From contig OZ316891.1 in assembly GCA_973895155.1 (NCBI GenBank), positions 29,189,611 through 29,253,610 on the forward strand: a stretch of DNA of 64,000 bases, written 5' to 3'. Shown here in pieces: positions 45,931-58,502 of the stretch. Numbering within the stretch: the stretch's first letter is position 1; every line of letters starts with the position of its first letter. Source of the DNA: Marsupella aquatica. Lineage: Eukaryota; Plantae; Marchantiophyta. The notes under the pieces are model-generated. The model saw only the letters and a program-made list of their open reading frames with translations. It ran no database searches and was not told the origin of the DNA. Both the position numbers and the translations under genes were made by a program.

Positions 45931-48152
45931 AGGTACATGCTTAATAGACCCCAAAGCAATGCTTTCTTGCTTGATCAACCCCTAACGTCCACTTGTTACC
46001 CAATCAACCCCCTGTGATAGTTTATGGTGAAATGTTCTTGTATGAGGCATTATACTGTGTACTATGGCACATGAGAACGTGATCACAATTCGTGGCATAA
46101 CTCTATATTGCAATTGTAGTCTACTTGAACCTGGGTGCAAGTGACTTGACCAAACCGTCAACCACTTGGTTTAGGGCCGACCAAGACTGCGATTTACCAA
46201 GGATTTTCAAAAATGGTGTGAAGACAATATGCGTAATGTGAATTCAACTGTTCATTGGTGTTAAATTGTCCCGTGGAATGTGATCCAAATAATGCTTATT
46301 GTTTCACAAATGTTTTTGTCATGATGACTTTAGTCTGTTATAAGGTCTCGGGGATCTCACTATATGGAGGCCTCCCCATCACTTGCAACATTTTTAGGCC
46401 CCGGACCCCTAAAATATAAGAATAAAATCTTTTAAACCCCTATAAAGTTAAAATATTCCAAAATTTTGGTTAGAAGTACCCTAATGTTCTTATAAGTGTC
46501 AAAATTAGATTTAAAAGACCCTATCATTCTTCTGAGAAAATTCTTAAGTCTTCCCTTTGAATCAATAAAATAACCCTATCCTTTGTTGTGTAGTTGGGTT
46601 GAACTATGGTCAGTATGCTAACTAGGTTTTGCTCTCCAACCCTAGTTTAAGAGAGTGCTCTTTATCTCGTCAAGTTCTAAATGGTGTGAGAACACACAAA
46701 TAGAGAGTTCTCAAGAGATCTCAAGAGAGAACACACAACATGTAGCAAGTGAGAAGAGCTTTAAGAAGACAAGCAATGGTGATGCTTCAGTAGACACATA
46801 TTAACCGTTAATAAAGACTTCTTTTCCCATGGACGTAGCCGACCTTGAGGTGAATCACGTAACAACTGAGCAAGTGTATGGCTTTGAGGGTTTTCCTGAT
46901 CTGAATTCTCCCCACATGTCGCACGTGATGTGCCATTTTTGTGGAAGTGAAACCCCCGAGCATAAGATTTGGGGGGATATATTGTACTGGAGGTTATTGG
47001 GAGGCTGAGTGTTTTTTGGTTAGCATTGGCATGCTAAGGAGTACTATAGTGTTGTGAGTCACATTTAGGGTTATTAGTTGTTGGAGAGGACAATATTGTT
47101 ACCCTGTATCTTTGGGATAGAGGGGATTTTTGAACGTGACATGTTTCCACCTTAGGATAGAGTGTGCGCAAGCTCCCCGGCAGGCTCACATGGATTTAGG
47201 ATGTGGCCAAGATACTTATTGGGAAAGCCCACAAGAAGGTATGTAAGATTTTAAAATTTTTTTTTGAAATCTGTAAAACCCACAGAAAGGGAAGAGTCAG
47301 CGGAAAAGTCAGCCACAATAGTTGAACCTAAGATCTATCAGTCTCTACTCAGGTGACCACAAAGTCATGCCTCTTTGGGCTGGTGTGTAAGAATTTAACG
47401 TTGTCATCAATCATTCTTGATGTTTTATTGTTTATTCTCGTGTATTCACTTCAAATCATGCCTATGTTCCTTACTGCTTTGTTGAAGGTACATATTTAAT
47501 GCAAAGTGTCTTCAATTGTTGGCAGTGGAAGCGAAGGTAACTCAAATTCAAAAGGCCAAAAGTTTCAAAAACAATTAAGAGAATTTGCTAGGTGTTTGGA
47601 TTCTTGGCTGTAATTAGTGGTAGTGTGGTATAAAGGTTGAAACATTCAATTATTAATAAACACAAGTGTGGAGATGTAGCAAAGTGGTGTCAAATTAAAA
47701 AATCTAGCAAAGTATCCCGGAACAGATCTGTCCCTGGTGGAATGTGTTCTACACCTATGAACATTATGGAGATAGCAGCCTAGTTTAATTACTACCTCTA
47801 AACTTCAGACAACACAAGACTGCCCTAACCTCTAAATGAGCCCTAACCTCTAAATGATTGAAGACCATACTAGTTTTGTCTTCAAACACAGAAGTACTCA
47901 CAATGCCGTACCTATCACACATGGATTGCGGGCGGGCGGACTGCTATCTCTACACAATTGCAGCGTACCACGGGCAGGACCACAAGCTCATGTCATATAA
48001 AGTAGAGGTGACTGTGATAAAGTCTCCTAGTAGTGCTTCTCACAAGAACTATCTGTAAGAAACTGTCAGAGAGGGTTGATTGAATAACAAATGAACTTTG
48101 GGGGTTGATCAAGCAAGAAAGTGTTGCCTGGGGGTCTATTAAGCATATACCT
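45931..48152. mobile_element. Pair of ~125-bp inverted repeats bracketing 2.2 kb (probable DNA transposon relic with nested inserts)
   Basis: 45931-46055 AGGTACATGCTTAATAGACCCC..TTTCTTGCTTGATCAACCCC..CAATCAACCC is the reverse complement of ~48030-48152. Confidence 0.7.
46584..46864 (+). mobile_element. Copia-like LTR fragment
   Basis: Begins TGTTG. Has GA-rich R-like sequence, AATAAA, and CCCATGGACGTAGCC..GTGAATCACGTAA, which resembles a motif common in plant copia LTR U5 regions. End and TSD are not resolved. Confidence 0.45.
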
Positions 48153-48369
48153 TGTTGCATGGAGAACACAACTTTATCAATATCCAAAAAAATAAATTGC
48201 TCTTGCATTAAACCTATGGGTAAACCTCGTTAACCCTTAGAAGACATGCTTTATTTGCAAACCAACATGCTCCAAAGGACTCATCTAATAAAACTTGACT
48301 CATGTACTAACAGGTTTATTGATGTGAGAAAGACCACTAAATTACATAAGTTGTAGTCCCAAGATATGT

Positions 48370-48555
48370 CAAAATTCTGGCTAATATTTTGCTAGAAACC
48401 CAACTAGCCACAATCTGGTGGTTCTCCTTTTATCTAGAGAAATCTAATGGTCAGAAAGTAATCTAAGAAAAAATTCAAAGGAAATTCTGAGAATTTTCTG
48501 CTTCACACCACTATAATAGCCACTGCCAAAAAGGCGAACCTTTGAAAATAGATTG
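48370..48555 (-). mobile_element. Partial degenerate copy of hAT-MITE family A
   Basis: TGGCTAATATT, CTAGCCACAATCT, ATCTAGAGAAATCTAATGGTCAG and GCCACTGCCAAAAAG are collinear with 28754-29030. Confidence 0.5.
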
Positions 48556-49410
48556 GCAAGGACAAAAGGGCTTGAGGGTACCAGGATTTGTGGAGGGTTG
48601 AGTGCAGGGGCTGGGGTTGCAGGGGATGTTAGTGAGCTAGAGGGCCTGGGGGCGCAACATGTCCCTTTCAAAAGAGGGGGGCCCAACAAGTCCCTTTCAA
48701 AGGAGGGGGGCTTGTATTGGGTTTATCTAGGTGGAGGGGCCCAAAGTCTTTCGCTGACCATTCTCATAGCAATCCACAATAAACCCAAAGCCATTGTGTC
48801 CATCTATACAAGTTCTGCACACTAACCTTGGCTGCCCAGGAAATTTGGCTCAAAGAGCCAACTTGCATGTCCACAGCCTCCAAGCTATTGGCCCTTAGTA
48901 AACCCATTTTTAGGGAAAAAGCAGATTTTGATGTTCAACAACATCTACTCCCTTGCTACTTGTGAACCCTGCAAACATCTTAGTGTCCTATGCTCATTGT
49001 TTTGAGTGAGTCTGCATCAGCATGTTTGTTTGCTCTTTCCTCATTTCAATGTACAAGACCTCAAGGGCCGGAACTTTCCAGCCCTAGAGGTTCTTACTTT
49101 GAAATGACAAAAAAACAAAACAATACTTACACAAAGAGGGCTTGTGCAACTCAAACCTAGGAGAACAACAGATACTCATGAGAATGTAGACACTATACAC
49201 TTGTTACAAACTCTCTAGTAAGTGGGAAGGACAGACCAAGATTTATGTCAGATTATCTGATCATAGAAGTGTTACATTTTCCTGAAAATATCTAGAACAC
49301 AAAGAGCAGCATGATCACATGCGAGTTGGCCCTACAGTGTTGTCAATACAGATCTGCTTTTTCCCAAATATATAGGACTGCAAACAGTCATAAATGTTTC
49401 AATTACAAAC

Positions 49411-49440
49411 TCAGATAGTCAGATAGTCAGATAGTCAGAT
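49411..49440. repeat. (TCAGATAG)n microsatellite
   Basis: About 3.7 perfect 8-mer units. Confidence 0.9.
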
Positions 49441-49607
49441 GTCCTCAAGAGTCATAAATGTGTCCCGCTGCAAACTGGGATGTACTCCAGGTCTGTTTTA
49501 TAGTGGTCTGAAAACCAGATCCAGGGGACATGACACATATAGGCAAGAGCAGACAAACAGCCTGGGACCCACTTTCGTCCAACTAGGATCACACCAATTC
49601 AGGTCCT

Positions 49608-50060
49608 CTAATTTTGTAAAGTTAACTTTAGCAGAAGAGCGTAAATCTACCTTTCTGTCATTTTGTACAGTAAACTTTAATGGAAGACCATAAATCTACC
49701 CCCCTGTCGTTTCGTAAAGTGAACTTTTAGCCAGAAGCCCATAAATCTAGCGTGGAGATTGAGAGATCCAGAGAGAGAAAATGGAGAAAATGCACAGTGA
49801 AACCACTAATTTTGTAAAGTGCCCCTATGAGTGTTGTCATCTTGTAAAGTGAACTTTAGCCAGAAGACCGTAAAGCTAGCGTGTACATTGAGAGAGAAGC
49901 GAAAATTCCAAGTGACACTGCTCATTTTGTAAAGCGCCCCTACGAGTGGGACCGCAGCTCCTATAAGAGGGAGACCAAAGGATTGAATACATGACCATAT
50001 AGATCTAGCGTGGAGATTGAGAGATGCAAAGAGAAAATGCAAAGTGCCCCTAATACTGGG
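49608..50060. repeat. Complex nested tandem repeats (~47-bp unit plus a higher-order module) upstream of F-box paralog 2
   Basis: TTTGTAAAGT.AACTTTAG.CAGAAG.CC.TAAATCTA four times; CTAGCGTG.A.ATTGAGAGA three times; AAAG(T/C)GCCCCTA three times. Confidence 0.8.
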
Positions 50061-50528
50061 CTAAGTGCATGTAAGAGGGGAGAGAGAAAGGTGTAATAAT
50101 AAATGAGTTCCTCATGAAGGGCTAGATGAAGAAGCCTGTGGAGGTAGCACATGATTGTACTGCACCATTAGGGTGTCTCAAATACAATGAATTGAATTTT
50201 CATGAGTGATCTAGTTAGGGAGTGTTGTGACCAGGGGCAGCGGGAACGACTAGTTGAGCACTGAATGTGAGGCACAACCAGTCACGCTCGGGATTTGTGA
50301 CCGAAACTGAGGGCCGTCTGTTACGAGGAGAGTACCTGATTTCAGAGTGTTCATTTAGTCACCTTGGAATTTTCACACACTGCTGCCACGCCTCTAAAAT
50401 CTGAGAGTGAAAGTATCACTGCCGGGCTACACACAATGGGTGTGTGGCAGGACGCCCGTGAGGTGGGTTTTTTGTCCAATATTTGAGAGGCCCTATTGTA
50501 AACATCCCCAGGTACTCCTATCTGAGCT

Positions 50529-50612
50529 TCTAGTCCTCATCATCATGCCAAATTGCCCACCCAGTCGAGACTCTAGTCCTCATCATGCCCAATTGCCCAC
50601 CAAGTCGAGACG
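50529..50612. repeat. Tandem 2 x ~42-bp duplication
   Basis: TCTAGTCCTCATCAT..GCC.AATTGCCCACC.AGTCGAGAC twice. Confidence 0.85.
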
Positions 50613-51409
50613 CCCTCCATGACCAGTCGAGGTAGCAGTGTTCCCGAGGTCAGTGAAAAGGAGAGAGAGAGAAAGATCTGGTACACGGTCCCCGAGGTAA
50701 GAGAGAGAGAGAGAGCAACAGTACAAATCATAGGGCCTGGACCACTAGCATCGCTCTCTACTACTTAGCCGTCGAGAACGTGTGATCCCCGCTCCAGAAT
50801 TCGGCATCCGATCAGCCATGATCAGCATCTCAATTCCTTCGACTCTGGAGTCTCTGGGTTTCTTGGCGTCTCTGATTTTGTTCAGCTGTAGTTATAACAG
50901 TAGTGAAGCTACACGAAGGAGTCTTCCTTTTTTCGTTAGTACCATTTGAAGAGAGTGATAGGCCAACGGAGTCGTTCGGATAGTTGGCTTCTCATAAAAG
51001 GGGGAGGCGATCTGAAATTCGGGAGGGTGTGGACTGGAGCAGGGCTCGGTGGGATTTTGGAGTACGGTATTTTTCAGCTACGGTCTTATCAATTCGTTTC
51101 CGTACCCAATTCTTGTTGCATTTTTGTTTGGTGCTTACATAGTTCGTAACATGAACAAAGAAGAGGCGGACTAGACTGCCATAAGACTCTTCACCTCAAA
51201 AACAACCTGTTCAGTCAGTTCATACCGTGTGTCTTCTGCTCTCTGTTTGACATCGATCTTGCTTCTTCATCCTTCAGGGAATAGGTACAGAGTTCAGCCG
51301 TCTGAATCACAAACTGATTGGGTTCAAATTTGGACGGAATTCTTACTCGAGTCAGGCGGTAATATGTGCAGAAGTGGGAAGTTCTGATACATACAAAAGT
51401 TTGAGCAAA

Positions 51410-53797
51410 ATGGGCGATTTCACCACATCTGAAGACCCAGCAGAATGTCTGGAATCACAATTCTGTGAATCGCCTTTAACGGAGCGGTTTGCCCGTGATT
51501 TAGCGTTGAGCGTTGAGCAGGGGGATCCTGAAGCGGTAGAGATGTCTGGCGTTGAGCAGGGGTCTGATGAGGTGGGGATGGTTGGCGATCGTTGGGGAGA
51601 GCTTCCGGAGCATCTAATGGACCACATCCTGGCATGGCTGCCAGTGTTCAGTTTTCTTCGCCTTCGCTCTGTCTGCAAGAGGTGGAACACTCTCATATCG
51701 GATCCCCTCTTTTTGGAAACTTGCTCTCGGACTCGCTCAACCGGTCGTGATGCCCTACCATTGTTTCTTCTCTATCCTGATCGTGCTCGCCAAAACTATC
51801 CCACTTACGACCCCACGTTGAACAAGTGGTACCTTCTACCGCAAACTGTCAACCCTTCTCCTCCAGGTAAGTCGTCCGGCACCTCCTTTGTTGCCTGCGG
51901 TGCCCCTTGGGGTCTGAGCATCTTGAGCATCAGGTGGACTGTTAGCTTAATTCGTCAAAATATGATTTGCTGTAAGCTTTGTCAAACGCAATTGAAGCGA
52001 TCTGTGAGTCTGCGAGATCTTCTGTACAATCACGGGAGCCAGAATGATCGGTTCCCCATTCGACAGAGGAAACACAAGCAATGAACTCCAGGACTGAATT
52101 AGGTAGCCCTTTAAACCCATCACATCCAAGGGTAATTGCAAATGAAAGAGTTAAACGATTGAACCCATCCCTAACACAGTCAGTTTATGGAATTTTATTG
52201 CAGTGCCAAGTTTCGAAACTGGTGCAGTGTCGACCGTAGCAATTTTTCGAGAATAAATCTTCTTTCCTTTTTTCAACATTTAGTTAAAATCTCTAATGAA
52301 CTGCGAACAGTTGGATTTTGATCCATGATACAGATCACCTTCGGGGGCAAACACCGAATCTGATTGTGCTTGGTACAGTAGATACATAGAACTGTACAAA
52401 GAGATTGGCTAAAGACCCAGGTGACAAGTCTGGTTGGGTATGAAAATATTGGCCATCATCGGTACAACTAGATGTTAGACGAGTCTTTCTCACGTTCGGC
52501 AAGCAAAGTCGCAACGAGGGTGACTATCCTTGCACACCACAAATACCGGGCAAATTATATGTTCTCTCGTGATAATTGTTTTGCCAATTACATAAGTTAC
52601 GAATGCTATAAAGGCAGGTCGGCTTTCTGTCTCTCGACTCATTGAGATTCTAAGTTGGCTTGTGTGAAGGATTCCTTATCGCAAGGAGTACATTTGTGTT
52701 ATCAAGAACAAAATGTGCTTCTAAGGGGACTTGAACAACGTTTGTCACAAATGAGTTTGCGGGAACAGGACGGATTGGAATTGGAGGACTGTGGATAGGA
52801 AATATCCCTGGCCCATGAGTGTAATTATAGATAGGTATAACTTGAACATTGTGGGTCTTCTAAACTGTTATACATAAAGGAGCTGCTTCTGATGATACGG
52901 GAGCAACGCTAGAATCTCAGAAGGCACCCTGGTTAGCAGATTTTCTCATTGGAAGCTCGTTTGTGGGTTGCAGGTAATCCTTCCAGGTCCCTGTTTGTCG
53001 TAGCTGCAGCTGGAGGCCTTCTTTGCTTGACGGACGGACACTTCAGTTCAGAAGAAGGCATAGATCTCTATGTCTCAAATCCAATCACCAAGGCCAGGAG
53101 AAGGCTCCCTCCCATGATTCGAATGTCCAAATCTTACGTTGTCCAAATGGTGGTTAATAGTGTGGAAAACACTTACAAAATAGTAGTGATACTTCCGAAG
53201 GAGGATATCCAAGTCTACGATTCCGCAAGCAACTCATGGCAGATGATTGGTGGCGTGCTGGCCAAACATAGGCACGCCATGAAGGTAGGCACAACCTCTT
53301 GTGACGGGATACTATATGGTTTGACAAGCGGGAGTGCGAGTATTGCAGCTTACCATATCGATCGAGGGATCTGGGAAGAGCTACGTGCTCCAATGCCTGC
53401 CTATCTTACTTGTCCACAGCTTTTTGGCAGCAGGGGCCATGTTATGCTGGTCGGAGCCATACCAATAAATGGTGTCATACAGACTGTCTGTGTTTGGCAG
53501 CTGGATTCCCCAAAAATGGAATGGGTGGAAGTGTTGAGGGTGCCGGACGATCTGTTGTCAGGACTCTCAAAAGGAGGACGTCTAGGATTTTATAATTTCT
53601 TCGTTCCAGGTGGGGATTTCATTTGCTTTGCTCACTTCCGGGTCAATCAGTTGCTCATGTGTAACATCTTCGACAAGTCTTGGTGGTGGTTGCCTCTCTG
53701 CCCTGTTGATACTGGCGTAGATGATCCGAATTTGTCCAGATTCCCTCGGAACTTGTCCGGGTTCCCTCTATATCCTAGTTTGGTGGCATCCGTCTAG
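51410..53797 (+). CDS. F-box protein with kelch-like beta-propeller, paralog 2, 426 aa
   Basis: Exons 51410-51866 and 52974-53797 joined by a GT-AG phase-1 intron at the same SPP-G codon as paralog 1 (1281 nt). F-box LPEHLMDHILAWLPVFSFLRLRSVCKRWN. C-terminus GFPLYPSLVASV matches GFPVQPSLVASV of paralog 1. Start codon is tentative. Confidence 0.9.
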
Positions 53798-54724
53798 ACG
53801 TCAATAGAAACGTGCATCTTTCTCACAAAACAGAGAGGTCCTGAGATCCTGTGATCGAGGCTGACACTTGATAGGCCCGGTCATATTTCTTTGTACAAAC
53901 AACCCTTCTCGGCTGTTGGCGGCAAAGTCACCTTCAACCTGTTGCGGAGTTCCTTGGACTGTTTTCATCCCGCATAGCATAAGATATTGCAAAGCCTTCT
54001 CCTGATGATTAATAGTCATCCTACTCCCCGTCTACTAACTGAAAGGTCAGTCCTACAATGGAAGTTCTTGAGCTGGAGTTTCGGCCGGTATTTGCTTGTT
54101 TTACAAGCGAACAGAGTGGGCGAATGAATGGGATACTGCGGACAATAATCAAGTACTATGGCCTATATGGCTGCTGGTGTGTTGTGCAAACCCATTTATT
54201 AGATGATGGGTTATAACTAGATTTACATATGATATTGTTTCTAGAGATCTATTCAGCATTGTATTTTTAATAAGTCTGAGATCTAAACCTAGTAGCTTGT
54301 GGAGGCAACAATATCAGAGGCGCCAGGCCCTACGATTGTCTTCCGGGATTGATGGTTTGAAAGCCACCGAAAATGATTTCGGCAACTGTCTTGGAAAACC
54401 TGGCTCTATGATTTGGCTGCAGGTTGGAGATGTCTTTCTGAACACTCAACTGCTCTATGAATTCGTATAGTTGAGGCTCTGTTGAAGATTGTCACCAGCA
54501 ATGTCTGTATTCGCATCCCTGCAATTTGGAACCAGAATAGCTTTTGTCTAAACAGGGAGACATTCCTCTCTCTGTAAGTTGAGATCCAGAATAGTTTGGA
54601 GTCTTAAAAACCGACGATTGGTCGTGTTATTGATCAAAGTCCTGTACATTTTAATAAATATTAGACTGTCTGCGTTTTGGTTTCGATGGGTGTTCAGAAA
54701 CGGTGCAACCAACACTGTGGTAGA

Positions 54725-54827
54725 GTTTTTGTCGTAAATGAGTACCCTTGGTAAATGTTTTCTTCTTAAATGAGTACCCAGGTTTTGTTGTGGTTTTATA
54801 AGATGGTACTCATTTACGAAGAAAACA
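54725..54827. repeat. Hairpin (23-bp arms, 22/23) plus an extra direct copy of the arm
   Basis: TGTTTTCTTCTTAAATGAGTACC (54756-78) pairs with GGTACTCATTTACGAAGAAAACA (54805-27). A direct copy lies at 54725-46. Confidence 0.85.
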
Positions 54828-56933
54828 CAATTTCAATCTAACATTATTTAAACTCCTGTGAACAAAAATTTGCATTTTTTCTTTAACAGAAAGATCTTCC
54901 CAGGTGCTTTGTGATCGAGGCAAGGTAGATTTCGTGAAGTTTTGAGTGTTTTGCATTATGTCAATTAAAACTTGCTATTGGATGATTCTGCCAAAGATAG
55001 ACAATGTCAATCTGAGATTACTTCATCAGTTCATTTTTTTCCCATAGTATTTTTCAATTGCTTTGCCCTAAAGCATGGTAGATTTCATGAAGATTGCAGT
55101 GTGTTTCACACCATAAGTCAAACCTTATCAGCATTGCTTCATCAATTGTGGACAAAATCTATGTTTGTGGTGTCAATGGAAGCGTTTCTTGAAGGGCACT
55201 CTAACTTGCCATAGCCTGGTTGCATCCCTTAAGAATCAAGTGTGGGATATCACATATAAAATTCTCTGTCTAAAAAGATTATTAGAAAAATTGACAAAGA
55301 GGGTAAAGGAGCACTGAGTCTGGCAGGTGGAATCAGATAACACACTTGTCTCTAAGAGAAAACAAAATGAAGGTGAACCTCACAACAACTCTTGAATCAG
55401 ATTGTAAGGTTTTCTAAACCTGGATTCATTCTGCACCATTCCTCTAACGATGGCCATGTCCTTTGAGAGTTAATTTACCAAGCCACCATCTTTTTGTAGA
55501 GTATAAACTATTTTTTAGTGTCATAAGCTCCAATGGGAGCTTTTTGCTTCCATAGAACTACTACAAGAATACCAAGCTTGCATGGACTCTCTGGAAACAC
55601 GTATGCACAATTAGGGTCACGCAAGAAAGAAGTAAAATAGTTCAGCCCCTGGAACAAGATTTCAGGTAGGGTGTTATGAAACTTGAAACAATAACTTTGG
55701 ACATTTTAAGAGGTATTGATGGGCATGTAATTTAAATTTAGAAAATAAAATTTTGAATAGATATTTATGAAATTGCACTATAATTTGGAAAAGAAATATT
55801 AACTCGTCATGGAGAGCATGCTCAAACCTGATGGTTCCTATGGTAGTGACTAGGATGACAGAGAGTTAGAGTCACAAAGGTTTACTCTCACACATGTTGT
55901 GGTCCCACCTGATTTGAACTTATAGCAGGCTCTCTCTCAGTGCAAAACCTCGCTGACTACGAGGGTCTTGTTCTTCCCCTTTTTGACACTAAGTTTGCAT
56001 TTGTTTGCAAGTGAAATGAGCAATGACACTAACAGATATGACACTGATAGAGTCGCTCATGATGCAGTACCCTAAATCACAATAGATTTCAGAGACCAAA
56101 AATTCAAATTTAAATAGAAATCCAATCTCCAGCTCCATCTCAATCAAATTTGAAAGTTTGAAGAAACTGAGAACCCAAACAAGACCTTGCAAGTTTTGAA
56201 TTAATAGGGCAACCAGGCCAGCCAAGCCAAAGTCAAACAAAAAAAATACCCTTTATTACAGTATAGAGGGATTATTTTGTAACTTTAAAATTTTAAAATA
56301 TTTTGGTAATATCTCTATAATTATCTTTGAAATAGTTTGGAGTTCTGGATAGCCGAGATTGACCAAAGAGGGGACCAAAGATTATCAACTTTATCCACAC
56401 AAAAATTGAGCTTGATTTCAATTGTATTTTTAAATAATGTTGACTTCACTTTGAAGATCGCAAGAACCTCACCTAAGGGGGACAACTAAGGGTATGATTT
56501 TGAATACCACATGCAATCCTGATCTAATCAAAATATTACTATGTTAGAAATAAAATATTTTTGATTATTCCTATTTCAAATTACCTAGTTTAGAATATAA
56601 AGCCAGGATGGACCAAAGGGTTTGTACCGGACTAATCTCCAAAGCTTGGATGGACTAGCGCACACAGAGAACATAAAAGACTTGAGGAACGCCATTTACA
56701 GTTTAGACTGAAATGTGACCTACAAACAGGCTCCTCACCGTTTGATGCAGGGATGCAGGTTTCAATTTCTTTTACTGGGTGGTAAGTTGCAGCTGATGCC
56801 AAACAAGTCAGGTCATTCTTCACAAGAGTGAAACATCCATTGGCAGTTGGTTGATAATTATATTTGACCATTTTTGAGCTAATAAAAAATGGAGCAAATA
56901 ATCTCAGGAAAATCTCAAACTCTGTAATGTAAT

Positions 56934-57290
56934 GAACTTAAAGCCCTCATGGACACACATGTTTGGAAAAAAGCCCGGATGGACACACACAACCCGAACT
57001 TCATTTTTTGCTCGTGTAACACGCTTTTTGATTGTAAAACCAAAGTGACCTGTAAGGAGGTATGTGACCAGGTATTCGGTTGATTCTTTGGGTTGTCAGT
57101 CCACTTTTTCCTCCCTGCAAGGATGCAGTGACCGTCTATCTCAACCATAAGGTCTAAAGCAAGGTTTCCTTTGGTCAATGATGGTAATCCGTTTGTAAGG
57201 TGAAATTGGAGATTCTTCTTACAGTATCACATGGTTGTGTCCATGTGGGTCATCCCAGCAAACGTGTGTGTCCATGAGGGCTTTGAGTTA
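56934..57290. mobile_element. Mutator-type MITE (357 bp)
   Basis: TIRs AACTTAAAGCCCTCATGGACACACATGTTTG / CAAACGTGTGTGTCCATGAGGGCTTTGAGTT (29/31). Perfect 10-bp TSD GTAATGTAAT (56924-33 / 57291-300). Confidence 0.9.
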
Positions 57291-57902
57291 GTAATGTAAT
57301 AGATTGGACATTAAGAAAAGTGAAAGAAAAGTTTGAGATTAAAGAAAGACCCAATAGTCATTCAAAAATATGCAGAAGTCTGCCAAAAACCATTATTACA
57401 GTTGGTTAGCACCTGGAGAAACTACTACAATAGTGAGTGGCCTTCTCAAAAGTGAATTGTACTCCCAAAGTAGTGGTCACTTTTTCATTCCAATGTAAAT
57501 TGACTGATGATTCACGCACTTGATGGGGAATGGCAAGACAAACGGCTAGGTCAATCAAAACTAAATCCCGGATGGACTGAGGGGTTGCTCTAAAGCACAA
57601 ATGGATTCCAAAGCTGGACTGGTGAGGAGCATTGAAAAATACTTCGGTAGCACCTTATACAATTTTTACTGGAATCAGCTGCTACAACATGCAATCCAGT
57701 TAAACTCCTCCATCATATGTTCACAAAAGTGAGACAGGATGAACCAAATCCTGCCCATTTGTTAAAACCATGTTGTGTTAAGACCATTAGATCCACCAAG
57801 GCCCCCTGCCCTGCCCTCCCTACACACCCTCTGCTCTAGACCTGGCCGCCTCCCACCCAGACTTGTGTGCTTGCACCCTCCCTGACAATGTCAAAGATCT
57901 AC

Positions 57903-58502
57903 TAGGGCGTCTCAACTCTCGTTTTTGGCTCTGGTCACTATCACACACATTTTCCCCAGAAGTAAAGCCTGCGGCGGACTCGCAAAAGCTTGTCCTACCA
58001 CTTGTGACCAATATCCGTAACTCACACTTCTAGGCGCGCAGCGGATCTTTCTGTGGCGCTTCAGATTTGAGACACCCTCCTGTAGCCGGTTGTTGGGAAG
58101 CCTTGTTTTGTGACTTTGCAGTTTGTGAATGCAAGGACATTTGTCTGGTATAACAATAGGGGGTCTCAATTAAGAGACTGCAGGTTTCCAAAACAGGATA
58201 GGGCTAATGTCCGCTACATGGGCGCCGAACACCACATACGGACCCTGCAACTAGGGGTGGGGGGGGGGAGCGGAGGGGGCATATTATTTGAAACCATCCG
58301 CTTCCGATTGATTCAGCCCACATGCGTCTTCTCTGTGTTTGCTCTGCGACATGCTTGCAAATAAACACTGAGCCAAAACGACAGCTCCCAGACCGGAAGT
58401 GTGACAACCACAGTTTTGGATATCGGCACACTTTTGGCTGGCGTCCGTTTTGGGGGCATTACTGGGCAGCCCATATGGACCTGTGGAAATTGAGACCCCC
58501 TA
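57903..58502. mobile_element. Two adjacent MITE-like units with TAGGG(G/C)GTCTCAA termini (57903-58079; 58157-58502)
   Basis: TAGGGGGTCTCAATT (58157) / AATTGAGACCCCCTA (ends 58502) is a perfect 15-bp inversion. AGGGCGTCTCAA / TTGAGACACCCT is a second pair. A related end lies at ~50169. No TSD found. Confidence 0.5.

Noticed and set aside
55880-55965. Second tRNA-SINE head on the - strand (GTTCAAATC)
   Set aside because: The A-box is very degenerate and no tail or TSD was found.
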